Counted from the first letter of the stretch, positions 19,712 through 29,969 are shown. The stretch: 64,000 nt of DNA from an uncultured Gammaproteobacteria bacterium (GCA_947258795.1 CAMYJU010000007.1:129392-193391); one strand, 5' to 3'. Numbers and translations are program-made. Notes: a model not told the origin generated them from the letters alone.

Positions 19712-19916
19712 CGCTGTGGCTGACCAAGACGGTGGGTCAGATAAGCGCACCGAACTGATTCAGTGGGATGATCTGGATCAGGAACAGCAGACCGGCTTAC
19801 TGGTCGAGTTTGGTCATTATCTGGATACACTTCCGCCTACCTGTTCAATGCAGACCAAAAACGAGCGTTTTACTGCCTGGCTGGCAGACAGAAACATCAT
19901 CTACCAGGGCAGTTAG
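19680..19916 (+). CDS. Small hypothetical protein
   Basis: Protein-like ORF (WDDL...FGHYLDTLPPTCS...RF) directly after phoU; start uncertain. Confidence 0.5.
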   Translation: MALTARASKCNAVADQDGGSDKRTELIQWDDLDQEQQTGLLVEFGHYLDTLPPTCSMQTKNERFTAWLADRNIIYQGS

Positions 19917-19933
19917 TGCCAGCAGGACCGGTG

Positions 19934-20110
19934 TTAAGCCTTCTTTCTGCGTTGCTTGATAAACTCCTGGATAAAGCTGCGGATCTCCCTGGCCGCACTG
20001 GTATCCAGGTCTTCGCATAGTTCGATGAAGGTGTCTCGTTGTTTCCTGTTGATACGAATAACCAGTTGACTGTCTTTCTTGTTTGGTTTTTTTCGTTTTT
20101 TTTCTGACAT
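19934..20110 (-). CDS. Small ribbon-helix-helix-like DNA-binding protein (58 aa)
   Basis: Manual translation MSEKKRKKPNKKDSQLVIRINRKQRDTFIELCEDLDTSAAREIRSFIQEFIKQRRKKA: a beta-strand then two helices. Below the ORF-track cut-off. Confidence 0.7.
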   Translation of the reverse strand: MSEKKRKKPNKKDSQLVIRINRKQRDTFIELCEDLDTSAAREIRSFIQEFIKQRRKKA

Positions 20111-20202
20111 GGAAATATGTCCAGGATAGCTGTTTTGTTTAGTCTGGTGTGCCTTGGTATCAGTCTGTCATGCCAGAATTAAAGTATGGATTGCATAGAG
20201 TC

Positions 20203-21168
20203 TTAGTCATACATGTTGCGCATATCCGGTTTAAGCTGGTCATAGGCCTTTTTCCGCCAAAGACGGGTTTGCTGTTTCTGATTGGCATCCCATAGTTCCG
20301 TATCCTTGAGTATATTGCAGGCACGTAACTGGAATGACTTGTTGCTATTTTCATCTGAAATAAAATCACTGCCGCCGAAGCAACAGGCCTCATACAGGTC
20401 GACCACATCCGGGCTCATATTGGTATGTGCATGACCCAGCCAGTGGACCATTTCATGGAATACCAGCTCTTTTCGGTTTTCATAACGATGCAGGCGTTGC
20501 ATACGTTTTGGATTACCGGCCAGGTGTTCGGCAATCTGCTGCTCATCCAGCTTGAAAAAATCACGGTAGGCGCTGGGTTCATGCTTACGTGACAAAAAGC
20601 CACTCACGCGGTAGGTGTCAATCGCAACACCCGGGTAACTGATTTCACTGATATCCTGGTCATGTTCATAGTATTTGAACTGCTCGGGCGGGGCGATCGC
20701 GACCGCATAGGCAAAGGTCTTGTCCTCGACACAGCGAAACGTCTTTTGATGATTGCTTTCCAGAATATCCAGTAACAGGGATGCCTGTTGGTTGTGATAG
20801 GGGTGCAGGGGGCCGGCCGGACCGTTACCGGATATGCACTGCAGACCAATACGCAAACCCTCCCGAATATCATTGGCCAGCATCACATAGCCCTGCATCG
20901 GTGATTGCTGGTTATGATAAGGGTAGTTCTTGCAGTTTTCTATCCTGATGGCCGGACCTACGGTAATTCCCGGGGCAGGGTTTCCCTGTTGCGCAATGAA
21001 TGGTTCAAGGTCGAAGCTGGCAAGCAGTTTAGCAATTCGACTGGCAGCGGATTTGTCACTCACAGCATCAGCCAAAGCAACCGACTTCACAGCCAGTGTT
21101 ACCATGAGAATGAACGATATTTTGATCCCGACCCTTAACATCACACTGAAACAGCACCTTGCTGGCAT
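20203..21168 (-). CDS. Secreted hypothetical protein with metzincin-type zinc motif
   Basis: Signal-like N-terminus, HEMVHWLGHAH (HExxHxxGxxH), several Cys; start uncertain. Confidence 0.7.
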   Translation of the reverse strand: MPARCCFSVMLRVGIKISFILMVTLAVKSVALADAVSDKSAASRIAKLLASFDLEPFIAQQGNPAPGITVGPAIRIENCKNYPYHNQQSPMQGYVMLANDIREGLRIGLQCISGNGPAGPLHPYHNQQASLLLDILESNHQKTFRCVEDKTFAYAVAIAPPEQFKYYEHDQDISEISYPGVAIDTYRVSGFLSRKHEPSAYRDFFKLDEQQIAEHLAGNPKRMQRLHRYENRKELVFHEMVHWLGHAHTNMSPDVVDLYEACCFGGSDFISDENSNKSFQLRACNILKDTELWDANQKQQTRLWRKKAYDQLKPDMRNMYD

Positions 21169-21189
21169 ATTTCAAACACATAAATACCC

Positions 21190-21227
21190 ATATTCGATAT
21201 GTCATCGAATATACAATGTATATACAT
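21190..21227. promoter_or_regulatory. Two adjacent palindromes (candidate operators)
   Basis: ATATTCGAT-N5-ATCGAATAT (21190-21212) and a perfect ATGTATATACAT (21216-21227). Confidence 0.45.
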
Positions 21228-21426
21228 AAAATAGACAAGGGATTTGAGGCTTGTCAAGCCGGATATTGATATTTATTAATAACCTGGCGTTGTCTAGGCT
21301 TCCACAGGGGAGGAATTAGAGGTAAATCCTGAGGTATGAGTAAGGGATATACGGCTTGGCGCTCCGATCTGAGAACAGATCTTTCGCCAGATTTGAAGTG
21401 GTGATGCTAGAGCAGGAACTGTTCGA

Positions 21427-22434
21427 TTACAGGTCTTTGGCGATATAGGCGGCCAGTTCCATCATCCGGTTCACGTAGCCCCACTCATTGTCATACCAGG
21501 TGTAGATCTTGACCTGGGTGCCATTGATGACCATTGTGGACAGGGCGTCGATAATCGAGGAATGCGGATTGTTGACATAGTCTACCGATACCAGTGGACG
21601 TTCCTCGTAACCCAGGATACCGGCCAGTTCGCCTTCTGCGGCCTGTTTGAATAAGTGGTTCACTTCTTCTGCCGTGGTTTCACGTTTGGCCTCAAATACA
21701 AAGTCCGTCAGCGATGCGTTCAGTAGTGGTACGCGTACTGCATGGCCATTTAGGCGACCCGTCAGCTCCGGGAAGATTTTTGTAATGGCTTTGGCCGAGC
21801 CGGTCGTGGTCGGGATTAATGATTCGCCACAGGCGCGTGCGCGCCGCAAGTCCTTGTGACCCTTGTCTACAATGGTCTGGGTATTGGTAATATCGTGGAT
21901 AGTGGTCATGCAGCCATGCTGAATACCTATCTGTTCATTCATTACCTTGACCACTGGTGCGAGGCAATTGGTGGTGCATGATGCCGCGGTGACAATCTGA
22001 TGCTTGTCAGGCTCATATTCGTGATGGTTAATACCATAGACAATGTTGATGGCCGGTTCCGGAACCGGCGCGGATACCAGCACCTTGCTAACGCCCTGGT
22101 CCAGATAGCATTGCAGGTCATCTTCGGTCTTGAACTTGCCGGTGCATTCGATGACCATCTCTACGCCGAGCCCGGCCCAGTCTATGTCATCGGGTTTGGG
22201 CAGGCTTGAAAAGCCGATCTGCTGGCCATCGATGTAAATGGCATTTTTATCGCTGTTGAACTCCCTTTCCCAACGGCCATGGACTGAATCAAATTCGAGC
22301 AGATGTGCCATCGCTGCACTATCGCCCGCAATCTCATTGACATGCACGATGTCATAGGCAGGGTTATCCAGGCCTGCACGTAGACTGAGTCTACCCATGC
22401 GGCCCAGGCCATTGATACCGACTTTAACTGGCAT
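21427..22434 (-). CDS. ArsJ-associated type glyceraldehyde-3-phosphate dehydrogenase
   Basis: [10 protein letters not shown] and [27 protein letters not shown] and [16 protein letters not shown] are typical of the arsenate-detox GAPDH clade. Confidence 0.88.
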   Translation of the reverse strand: MPVKVGINGLGRMGRLSLRAGLDNPAYDIVHVNEIAGDSAAMAHLLEFDSVHGRWEREFNSDKNAIYIDGQQIGFSSLPKPDDIDWAGLGVEMVIECTGKFKTEDDLQCYLDQGVSKVLVSAPVPEPAINIVYGINHHEYEPDKHQIVTAASCTTNCLAPVVKVMNEQIGIQHGCMTTIHDITNTQTIVDKGHKDLRRARACGESLIPTTTGSAKAITKIFPELTGRLNGHAVRVPLLNASLTDFVFEAKRETTAEEVNHLFKQAAEGELAGILGYEERPLVSVDYVNNPHSSIIDALSTMVINGTQVKIYTWYDNEWGYVNRMMELAAYIAKDL

Positions 22435-22546
22435 TGCTGTACCCCGAGTGAACTTGTTAGTGAAGGTTTCCGTTTATCGGGAAACGTGCAGACTGGTTCT
22501 GACGCAGGTTTCAGGATCAAAACCATATCCAAAAAGTTGTTATGAA

Positions 22547-22580
22547 AGCATAATGGCTGAATATGACCATTTTATGACAG
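22547..22580 (-). promoter_or_regulatory. Pho box promoter of the ArsJ-type GAPDH
   Basis: Minus strand CTGTCAT-AAAA-TGGTCAT (near consensus), then 10 nt, then TATGCT (-10). Confidence 0.8.
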
Positions 22581-22689
22581 GGGCCTGACTGCTTGCCGGT
22601 GCCGGTGCTTGTTTTTTTAAAGACCGGGTGCAACGCTTGTCATGAAAATCCTGCTTTATGATGAGTAAACAAGACCGCTCCATACCGGC

Positions 22690-22703
22690 TTGATCTGGCG
22701 CAA
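22690..22703. promoter_or_regulatory. FNR/Anr-like box
   Basis: TTGAT-CTGG-CGCAA upstream of the stress-gene cluster. Confidence 0.5.
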
Positions 22704-22769
22704 TGGAACTCATCGCTGAATGGGCTATGCTTGTAATACAGCTGAGAAAAGGTGGGGAGGTGCTATCAT

Positions 22770-22991
22770 ATGGCAGTCTTTTTGTCCTATCGTGCTGTTG
22801 TAGCAGGGGACCCTGAAATTCCATCTGAACCACCTCCGGAAGCACCTCAACAAGAACCGGCAGAGGTGCCCTCGGAACCGGTGCCCGAATCAGAACCGGC
22901 ACCCTCTGAGCAGCCATCTTATGCGCCACCAGAGATACCTGAAGGGATACCCCCTGAAGTACGGGCAGAAATGGTATCCCGAGGAGTATGA
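22770..22991 (+). CDS. Small Pro/Glu-rich low-complexity protein (73 aa)
   Basis: GGAGG RBS before ATG 22770; its stop overlaps the next start (ATGA). Confidence 0.5.
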   Translation: MAVFLSYRAVVAGDPEIPSEPPPEAPQQEPAEVPSEPVPESEPAPSEQPSYAPPEIPEGIPPEVRAEMVSRGV

Positions 22992-23458
22992 CTATGACCC
23001 TGGCAACAACCCAGGAACAATACCTGGCGAAACAAAATGCGGAATACGACCTGCTGCAGCACCATCACACAGGTTCCAGCCATCAGACGGCAGAAGCGGC
23101 ACATATACCGGAAGACCTTATCGCCAAGGCCGTACTGGTACAGGATACAGCCGGCTATATGCTGGTCGTTATTCCGGCCAATAGCCGATTGAGACTGGAC
23201 GATATTTGTCACGAATTCAATCGTAGTCTGGATCTGGCAACAGAGGAAGAAATTTCTGAAGTATTCGAGGATTGCGAACCAGGAGCCGTGCCACCACTCG
23301 GCCCTGCCTATGGCATTGAGACCTTGCTGGATGAATCACTGACCCTTCTGGACGAGGTGTATTTCGAGGCAGGTGATCACAAGCAACTGGTCCACCTGCG
23401 CGGCGAGGAATTCCAGGATTTACTCAGAGATGCCCATCGTGGGTACTATAGCCACTAG
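22988..23458 (+). CDS. YbaK/EbsC-family aminoacyl-tRNA deacylase-like protein
   Basis: IAKAVLV, LATEEE, DCEPGAVPPLG and YFEAGDH motifs. Confidence 0.9.
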   Translation: MTMTLATTQEQYLAKQNAEYDLLQHHHTGSSHQTAEAAHIPEDLIAKAVLVQDTAGYMLVVIPANSRLRLDDICHEFNRSLDLATEEEISEVFEDCEPGAVPPLGPAYGIETLLDESLTLLDEVYFEAGDHKQLVHLRGEEFQDLLRDAHRGYYSH

Positions 23459-23483
23459 TGTCGAACGGAACAGACCGACAGCG

Positions 23484-24095
23484 ATGCGTTGTGAGTTGGT
23501 GACCTGGCAAAGGTTCTGCGAGTTGTCACGGCGATTGTCACAGATGATTCGTGCCTCGGCGTTCAGACCGGACATGATAGTCGCTATCGGGCGCGGTGGT
23601 TACATGCCGGCACGCCTGTTATCCGACTCCCTGGATGTCTACAACATGACGGGTTTCAAGATCGAACATTATCATGCGGCAAACCGGAAACCGCAGGCAA
23701 TACTGCGTTATCCGCTTTCAGCAAAAGTGGAAGGGCTGAAACTGTTACTCGTTGATGACGTAAGTGATGCTGGCGATACATTTGAACTGGCGGTGTCTCA
23801 TCTGCACGAGTCAGGACCGCCTGCGGAATTAAAAACGGCTGTTTTGCATCACAAGACCGTGTCAAGCTTCATACCGGATTACTACGCAGAAGAACAGACC
23901 GAGTGGCGCTGGTTGATCTATCCCTGGTCGATACTCGAGGACGTCAGCGGCTTCATCAGGGAACTGGATCTGATTGACGCAGGAACAGAAAAAACGCAGG
24001 CAGGTATTGAATCCGCCTATGGTGTCAGAATACCTATCGATGTGCTTGATGATGCCAGGATCCTGTCCAGGCAGTACAGTGAAAATCAGGCATAG
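23484..24095 (+). CDS. Type I phosphoribosyltransferase (purine PRT-like)
   Basis: AIGRGG, LLVDDVSDAGDT PRPP motif and WLIYPW. Confidence 0.9.
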   Translation: MRCELVTWQRFCELSRRLSQMIRASAFRPDMIVAIGRGGYMPARLLSDSLDVYNMTGFKIEHYHAANRKPQAILRYPLSAKVEGLKLLLVDDVSDAGDTFELAVSHLHESGPPAELKTAVLHHKTVSSFIPDYYAEEQTEWRWLIYPWSILEDVSGFIRELDLIDAGTEKTQAGIESAYGVRIPIDVLDDARILSRQYSENQA

Positions 24096-24170
24096 ACCGG
24101 GCTGGTCAGGGCCGGGCCGTTGTACAGGAATTACTGGAATATACAATTGATCAGTTACAGGAGGTGTAAT

Positions 24171-24671
24171 ATGGCCAAGAAAGAAACTAAGCAAGGCAAT
24201 GGCGGCGACATACTGAAATCCACCCCCATGCATGCGTTGAGTCCATTCGAGGAAATGGAACGTATGTTTGGCAATATGTTTTCACCAACCCATCATCGGC
24301 CTATTTGGTCATGGCCGTCCTGGGCGGAGATGGGCCCAATGATAGAGGATAATATGCCGCGCATGGATATCATCGAGCGTGATGACGAGGTGGTGGTTCG
24401 TGCCGAAATGGCCGGTGTTGACAAAAAGGACCTCGAGGTGTTTGTGACAGATCACTCGGTCACGATCAAAGGTCAGACAAAAAAGGAGCACAAGGAAGAA
24501 AAGGGAGACTACTACCGTACCGAGATATCACAGGGTGCTTTCGCACGCACATCGACACTGCCATGCGAAGTCGATGGAGACAAGGCCAGGGCCAAATTCT
24601 CGGATGGTATACTCGAGTTGACAATTCCAAAGCTTGAAGCATCCAGACGTCATACAATCAAGGTAGAGTAA
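24171..24671 (+). CDS. Hsp20/alpha-crystallin small heat-shock protein
   Basis: PRMDIIE, GAFAR and AKFSDGILELTIPK; AGGAGG RBS. Confidence 0.95.
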   Translation: MAKKETKQGNGGDILKSTPMHALSPFEEMERMFGNMFSPTHHRPIWSWPSWAEMGPMIEDNMPRMDIIERDDEVVVRAEMAGVDKKDLEVFVTDHSVTIKGQTKKEHKEEKGDYYRTEISQGAFARTSTLPCEVDGDKARAKFSDGILELTIPKLEASRRHTIKVE

Positions 24672-24895
24672 ATCCCTGTGTGCCACTGTTCTGATGGCGG
24701 TACGCGATGATCAATGCCGGTGCGCCTGCTGTTCGCACCGGTAATGCACGACTATAACCCATTAACTGTCTGCGATGACGATAACAAAAAGATGTTCAGT
24801 GTACGCAGACAATCTGTGCCAGCTCTACCAGAAGCATGCGCATGCTGTGTCAGACATGACCAGTAGAGATAAACAACAATCCTAAGGAGAACAGA

Positions 24896-25465
24896 ATGCA
24901 GTTACCCTTACAGATTACCTTTCAGAAAATGGAACCTTCACCAGCCGTCGAGGCCAAAATTCGCGAAAAGGCTGAAAAGCTGGAGCGATTTCATGATCAC
25001 ATCATGGCATGCCGGGTCGTTGTTGAGCCGCTAGGTCAGCATCATCACCAGGGCAACCTGTACCAGATCAAGATCGATATTACCGTACCGGGTGGCGAGA
25101 TCGTGGTCAGCCGGGAAAGTGGACAGAACCACGCCCACGAAGACATCTATGTCTCCATTCGTGATGCCTTCAATGCGGCCCGCCGCCAACTGGAGGAACG
25201 TTTACGCAAGACCCGGCGCAAGGTCAAGACCCACGAAGTACCGCCACATGGCAGGGTGGTCGAATATTTACCGGATGATGGTTATGGCAAAATCCTGAGT
25301 TCCGATGGACGCGAAATCTATTTCCATGAAAATAGTGTATTAAATGGCGGTTTCCGGCAACTCGATGTTGGCAGTGAGGTACGTTTTGTTGAAAGTGAAG
25401 GGGATATGGGGCCTCAGGCCAGTACGGTCAGGCCGGTAGGCAAGCATCATCTCGCCGAGCCTTAA
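24896..25465 (+). CDS. HPF/RaiA-family ribosome-associated protein with C-terminal cold-shock domain
   Basis: QITFQKMEPSPAVE...SIRDAF, then GYGKI...IYFHENSV...GPQASTV. Confidence 0.88.
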   Translation: MQLPLQITFQKMEPSPAVEAKIREKAEKLERFHDHIMACRVVVEPLGQHHHQGNLYQIKIDITVPGGEIVVSRESGQNHAHEDIYVSIRDAFNAARRQLEERLRKTRRKVKTHEVPPHGRVVEYLPDDGYGKILSSDGREIYFHENSVLNGGFRQLDVGSEVRFVESEGDMGPQASTVRPVGKHHLAEP

Positions 25466-25568
25466 AGTCAGTCTAATTGTAACAGGGATGATTGCAGAAT
25501 CCGTGTTTTGAACTATTGTTGATTCGGGAATGTATGAAAGTTTCTGTAGTCAGCAAGGAGGAACCACC

Positions 25569-26027
25569 ATGAGAGTTTCTGATGTGATGACCACGAATAT
25601 CAGATCCTGTACTCCGCAAACCGACCTGGAAACCGTCGCGATGGAAATGTGGAACGGTGATTGCGGCTCGATTCCGGTGATGAGTGATACCGGGATGCCG
25701 ATCGGCATGATTACCGACCGTGATATTGCCATGGCCGGGGCATTGCAACACAGGGCCTTGTGCGATATTGAAACCAGTGAAGTGATCAATGGTAATGGCG
25801 TGCGTTGTTGTAACACCGAGGACTCGATCGAGTCGGCATTGCAAACCATGTCGGATGCACATATACGCCGCTTACCGGTTATTGATGACAGCGGTAGTCT
25901 GCAGGGTATGTTATCAGTGGATGATGTGGTCGCTTGTGCAGAGCGCGGCAAGAGAGGTGAGGGGAAACCGGAACTGTCTTTTGAAGATGCAATGACGACA
26001 TTGAAGTCGGTATGCAAGCACCACTAG
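25569..26027 (+). CDS. CBS-domain protein
   Basis: VSDVMT, GSIPV, GMITDRDI and IRRLPV. Confidence 0.92.
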   Translation: MRVSDVMTTNIRSCTPQTDLETVAMEMWNGDCGSIPVMSDTGMPIGMITDRDIAMAGALQHRALCDIETSEVINGNGVRCCNTEDSIESALQTMSDAHIRRLPVIDDSGSLQGMLSVDDVVACAERGKRGEGKPELSFEDAMTTLKSVCKHH

Positions 26028-26030
26028 GGT

Positions 26031-26075
26031 AGAAGTCAGCCCTTCTCCCCGGATGGTGAGAAGGGCGCAACTTCT
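26031..26075. terminator. Hairpin after the CBS gene
   Basis: AGAAGT..GCCCTTCTC / GAGAAGGGC..ACTTCT inverted repeat; no U-tract. Confidence 0.4.
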
Positions 26076-26210
26076 GATGCAGAGGCTCTTCCTGTTTGCG
26101 GCCAAGAGCTGGGCAGGCTTAATGCTGGTCTCCTCGATAACAACAACATGATTTAAACGGTCATTTTGACATCTCACTTATTTCTGTATCAAAGTAGCGA
26201 TGACAGCTCT

Positions 26211-26591
26211 ATGGCAACAGAAGTCGACCCTGTATTAGGAAACTGGTATCAGCACCTTGGTAAAGGTCAGAAATTCTGCGTGGTAGCGCGGGATGATAGC
26301 GAGGGTAGTATTGAAATCCAGTATTTCGATGGTGGCGTGGAAGAAGTCAGCCAGGATGGCTGGTTTGAACTCGATGTCGAGATGGTGGAGGCACCGGAAG
26401 ACTGGTCCGGTCCGATTGATATTGCCGAAACTGATGATCTGGGTACCCAGATCACCGATACCTCTGCCGAGGACTGGTGTGCTGCGCAGCAGGAAATCAG
26501 GGTGGAGGTGGCGGACGCAGGCCGGTCGGCAGTGGAGGATGTGTGGGAAGAGGATCGTTCCAGCGAAGAGCCATGGGATGACGAGCTATGA
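26211..26591 (+). CDS. Acidic conserved hypothetical protein (DUF6763-like)
   Basis: PVLGNWY...F.VVA.D...IEIQYFDG...PEDWSGP pattern. Confidence 0.7.
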   Translation: MATEVDPVLGNWYQHLGKGQKFCVVARDDSEGSIEIQYFDGGVEEVSQDGWFELDVEMVEAPEDWSGPIDIAETDDLGTQITDTSAEDWCAAQQEIRVEVADAGRSAVEDVWEEDRSSEEPWDDEL

Positions 26592-26625
26592 CGATTGCAA
26601 GCAATCCAGTGCCATCTGTATGCAG

Positions 26626-26901
26626 TCAGCTGGAAGACAAACGTGTTGTCTCATTGGCACCGGAATCATACATAATCAATTTCCAGCAGTCTGATGCGGG
26701 CTGGTATTGCAGAATATAGATGCCGCCATCATCTCCACGTAGTTTGAAATAGCTGTAGTTCGGGTCCAGCCATCGATCGATAATCTCATCAACTTCAATC
26801 CTGCGCTGGCCGATATAAAAATGCTGTGGATACTCCTCGGTACGATAGCCGGTATGGCATGCAACCCGGGCTGCGGGTGTTTGATGTTGTTCGTGTTCCA
26901 T
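26626..26901 (-). CDS. Conserved hypothetical protein
   Basis: VACHTGYRTEEYP...IIDRWLDP...YFKLRGDDG.IYIL pattern. Confidence 0.7.
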   Translation of the reverse strand: MEHEQHQTPAARVACHTGYRTEEYPQHFYIGQRRIEVDEIIDRWLDPNYSYFKLRGDDGGIYILQYQPASDCWKLIMYDSGANETTRLSSS

Positions 26902-26902
26902 T

Positions 26903-26951
26903 GTTATCCCGCTGCTGCCTGTCCCCGCGGAGGCGGGGAGCGGGAATCCAG
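26903..26951. repeat. REP-like palindromic element of the GTCATTCCCGCG..GCGGGAATCC type
   Basis: GTTATCCCGC...CCCCGCGGAGGCGGGG.GCGGGAATCCAG nested hairpin in an intergenic gap. Confidence 0.55.
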
Positions 26952-26987
26952 TATTTAATTAAATGACATAGTTGGCGGCTCACGGAG

Positions 26988-28241
26988 ATGTTGATGTCGA
27001 AGGCGAGAGTTACTACAGCAGTCTTACTCGGCGCCGCGTTTTGCGTACTGGCGGCCTGCAACGAGCAGGTGGAGAAAATACCGCGTCTGCACTGGTACGT
27101 GTTTGACGAACAGTCTGGCGCGTTCAGGCAGGCCGCCGAGCATTGTAGCCAGGCATCGCAGGGCCGCTATCAGATTCAATTGACGCCACTACCGACAGAT
27201 GCAGATCAGCAGCGCGAACAACTCGTGCGCCGTCTCGCCGCTGGCGACCCGGATATCGATCTGGTCGGTATGGATGTAATCTGGACCGCCGAGTTCGCAG
27301 AAGCCGGCTGGGTGTTACCCTGGCAGCAACAACATGCACGCAGTCTAAAACAGGGTCGCCTGGCGAGCGCGATCGAAAGCGCGACTTATAAAAACAGACT
27401 TTGGGCCGCGCCGTTCACAACCAATACCCAGTTGCTCTGGTATCGTACGGATCGCATCGAGACGCCACCAGCAAGCTGGCAGGAAATGATCGACATGGCA
27501 GAGCGACTGGGTGAGCACGGTACGATCCAGGCTCAGGGCGAGCGCTACGAGGGTCTGACTGTGTTTTTCGTCTCGTTGCTCGCTTCGGCAGGTGGTTCGG
27601 TACTGGATGTCGATAAGCAGACGGTGTTGCTGGAGCAGCAGCCTGTCCGGCAGGCGCTGGCAGTCATGCAGCGGCTGGCAAACTCCGCCGCAGCCGCCCC
27701 CAATCTGGCGACTGCGCGTGAGGATCATGCGCGCCTCGCATTTGAGACCGGCAGATCCAGCTTCATGGTCAACTATACCTACGTCTGGCCGAGCGCCCAG
27801 GCCAATGTACCAGGTCTTGCAAAGCATATCGGCTGGGCACGTTGGCCAGCGGTGGTAGCAGGTCTGCCCAGCCGTGTGACCATTGGCGGTATCAATATCG
27901 GCATTGCTGCGTACAGTCGTTATCCGGACCTGGCTTTCGAGGCGGCATCTTGTATCGTGTCTGAGCCGAACCAGCGACGGGCGGCGACCATCGGCGGCTT
28001 GCCGCCGACGCTCGCTGCGCTCTATGATGACCAACAGGTACGCCAGACCTTCCCGTTTGCGGACCTGCTGCGTGAAACCCTGCGTGATGCGGTACAACGG
28101 CCGCAATCACCGCTGTATGCGGACATCTCGCAGGCGCTCTGTCATAGCCTGCACCCGATGAACGGACTCGACCCGGACAGGGATGCTGCGCGCCTGCGCA
28201 AGGCAGTGACTCGAGCACTGCTCTCAGAGGGTCTGTTATGA
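26988..28241 (+). CDS. Sugar ABC transporter substrate-binding lipoprotein (LpqY-like)
   Basis: Lipobox LAAC; ADQQREQLVRRLAA, MDVIWTAEFAEAGW, NTQLLWYR and YEGLTV. Confidence 0.88.
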   Translation: MLMSKARVTTAVLLGAAFCVLAACNEQVEKIPRLHWYVFDEQSGAFRQAAEHCSQASQGRYQIQLTPLPTDADQQREQLVRRLAAGDPDIDLVGMDVIWTAEFAEAGWVLPWQQQHARSLKQGRLASAIESATYKNRLWAAPFTTNTQLLWYRTDRIETPPASWQEMIDMAERLGEHGTIQAQGERYEGLTVFFVSLLASAGGSVLDVDKQTVLLEQQPVRQALAVMQRLANSAAAAPNLATAREDHARLAFETGRSSFMVNYTYVWPSAQANVPGLAKHIGWARWPAVVAGLPSRVTIGGINIGIAAYSRYPDLAFEAASCIVSEPNQRRAATIGGLPPTLAALYDDQQVRQTFPFADLLRETLRDAVQRPQSPLYADISQALCHSLHPMNGLDPDRDAARLRKAVTRALLSEGLL

Positions 28242-29113
28242 GTCGGCTTAAGCATAGCGAGCATCGTCTGGCATGGTTGCTGTGCGCACCGGCGGTGATC
28301 GCAATGCTGCTGGTCACTGCCTGGCCAATGCTGTATGCGTTCTGGTTGTCATTGTTTCGTTACGACCTGCGTTTTCCGGATAAATACGAATTCATCGGGA
28401 TCGACAATTACCTGAGTGTACTGGGTTCCGAGGCATGGTGGCAGGCCCTGAGCAATACCCTGGTGATTACAGTCGCATCGGTGTCGGTAGAGCTGGTACT
28501 TGGGTTTGTGTTTGCGTTGATCATGCACCATGCACTGATCGGTCGGCGCCTGGTGCGTACCTCATTGCTGATTCCGTACGGGATTATCACCGTGGTCGCG
28601 GCAATGGCCTGGCGTTTTGCATTCGACCCGACCACCGGGTTTGTCAATGCCCTGTCGGGGATGCAAGGGGCCTGGCTGGCAGAACGTTGGTCGGCCTTCT
28701 TCGTGATTATTCAGACCGAGATCTGGAAGACCACACCATTCATGGCATTGTTGCTGCTGGCTGGTCTGACCCTGGTGCCGGTCGACCTGATACGCGCAGC
28801 CCGTGTGGATGGAGCGAATGCGGTGCAGCGGTTTTTCAGGATTACCTTGCCGCTGATGCGACCGGTGATCATGGTCGCCTTACTGTTTCGTACGCTGGAT
28901 GCGTTTCGTATATTTGATACAGTGTTTGTGCAGACGCGTGGTGCGCAGGGCACCGAGTCGGTATCGATCACCGGTTATAACGCACTGATTACCCGGCTCA
29001 ACCTCGGTCTGGGTTCGGCCGTCTCGGTGCTGATCTTCCTGTGTGTGATCATCATCGCGATCATTTACATCAAGGGCTTTGCTATCGATCTGTCCCGGCG
29101 GGAGCACTCATGA
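28238..29113 (+). CDS. Carbohydrate ABC transporter permease (SugA-like)
   Basis: [22 protein letters not shown] and [11 protein letters not shown]. Confidence 0.93.
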   Translation: MSRLKHSEHRLAWLLCAPAVIAMLLVTAWPMLYAFWLSLFRYDLRFPDKYEFIGIDNYLSVLGSEAWWQALSNTLVITVASVSVELVLGFVFALIMHHALIGRRLVRTSLLIPYGIITVVAAMAWRFAFDPTTGFVNALSGMQGAWLAERWSAFFVIIQTEIWKTTPFMALLLLAGLTLVPVDLIRAARVDGANAVQRFFRITLPLMRPVIMVALLFRTLDAFRIFDTVFVQTRGAQGTESVSITGYNALITRLNLGLGSAVSVLIFLCVIIIAIIYIKGFAIDLSRREHS

Positions 29114-29952
29114 CTACGACCAAGGATCATGGTCTTAGCGAACGGCTGTTCTGGGGACTGGGTAGTGTGCTGGTCGTGGTCTATGCACTCATCCCTGTGT
29201 TCTGGATAATTTCGTTGTCGCTGAAACGTAGCGCCGATCTTGGAGATGGCCGTTTTATATCGGCTACTGTCAGCCTGGAACACTATCAAGCGGTGTTCAG
29301 TGACCCGCAGTTCCCAGCGGCGTTATGGAACTCGATTGGTATCGCCGGGATCTCGACCCTGGCCGCTGTGATGCTGGGCATGTTTGCGGCCTATGCAATC
29401 GTACGTCTGGAATTCCCGGGCAGGCGCCTGATCCTCGCTACCGCACTGGCCATAGCGATGTTTCCGCCAATCTCGATTATTGGACCGTTATTTAATATGT
29501 GGCGTGTGCTGGGACTGTACGATACCTGGTTCGGGCTGATACTCACGTATATGACCTTCACCTTGCCATTGGCGATCTGGATCTTGTCCGCGTTCTTTCG
29601 ATCCATCCCGTGGGACCTGGAAAAGGCAGCACGGATAGATGGCGCAACGCCGTTACAGGCATTCATAAAAGTAATTGTGCCGTTGGCAGCGCCGGGTGTA
29701 TTCACCGCCGCGATCCTGGTGTTCATGTTCGCCTGGAATGACTTTGTGTTTGCGATATCGCTGACCTCGACCAATGACGCACGTACCGTACCGGCCGCGA
29801 TTGCGTTCTTTACCGGCAGCTCGCGTTTTGAGCAGCCCACCGGCTCGATCGCGGCCGCATCAGTGGTGGTGACACTGCCGATCATTATCGTTGTATTGCT
29901 GTTCCAGCGACGTATCGTGGCGGGCCTGACGACCGGTGCGGTCAAGGAGTAA
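29110..29952 (+). CDS. Carbohydrate ABC transporter permease (SugB-like)
   Basis: [19 protein letters not shown] and [14 protein letters not shown]. Confidence 0.93.
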   Translation: MTTTKDHGLSERLFWGLGSVLVVVYALIPVFWIISLSLKRSADLGDGRFISATVSLEHYQAVFSDPQFPAALWNSIGIAGISTLAAVMLGMFAAYAIVRLEFPGRRLILATALAIAMFPPISIIGPLFNMWRVLGLYDTWFGLILTYMTFTLPLAIWILSAFFRSIPWDLEKAARIDGATPLQAFIKVIVPLAAPGVFTAAILVFMFAWNDFVFAISLTSTNDARTVPAAIAFFTGSSRFEQPTGSIAAASVVVTLPIIIVVLLFQRRIVAGLTTGAVKE

Positions 29953-29969
29953 CGGAGACGATTGGTGTT

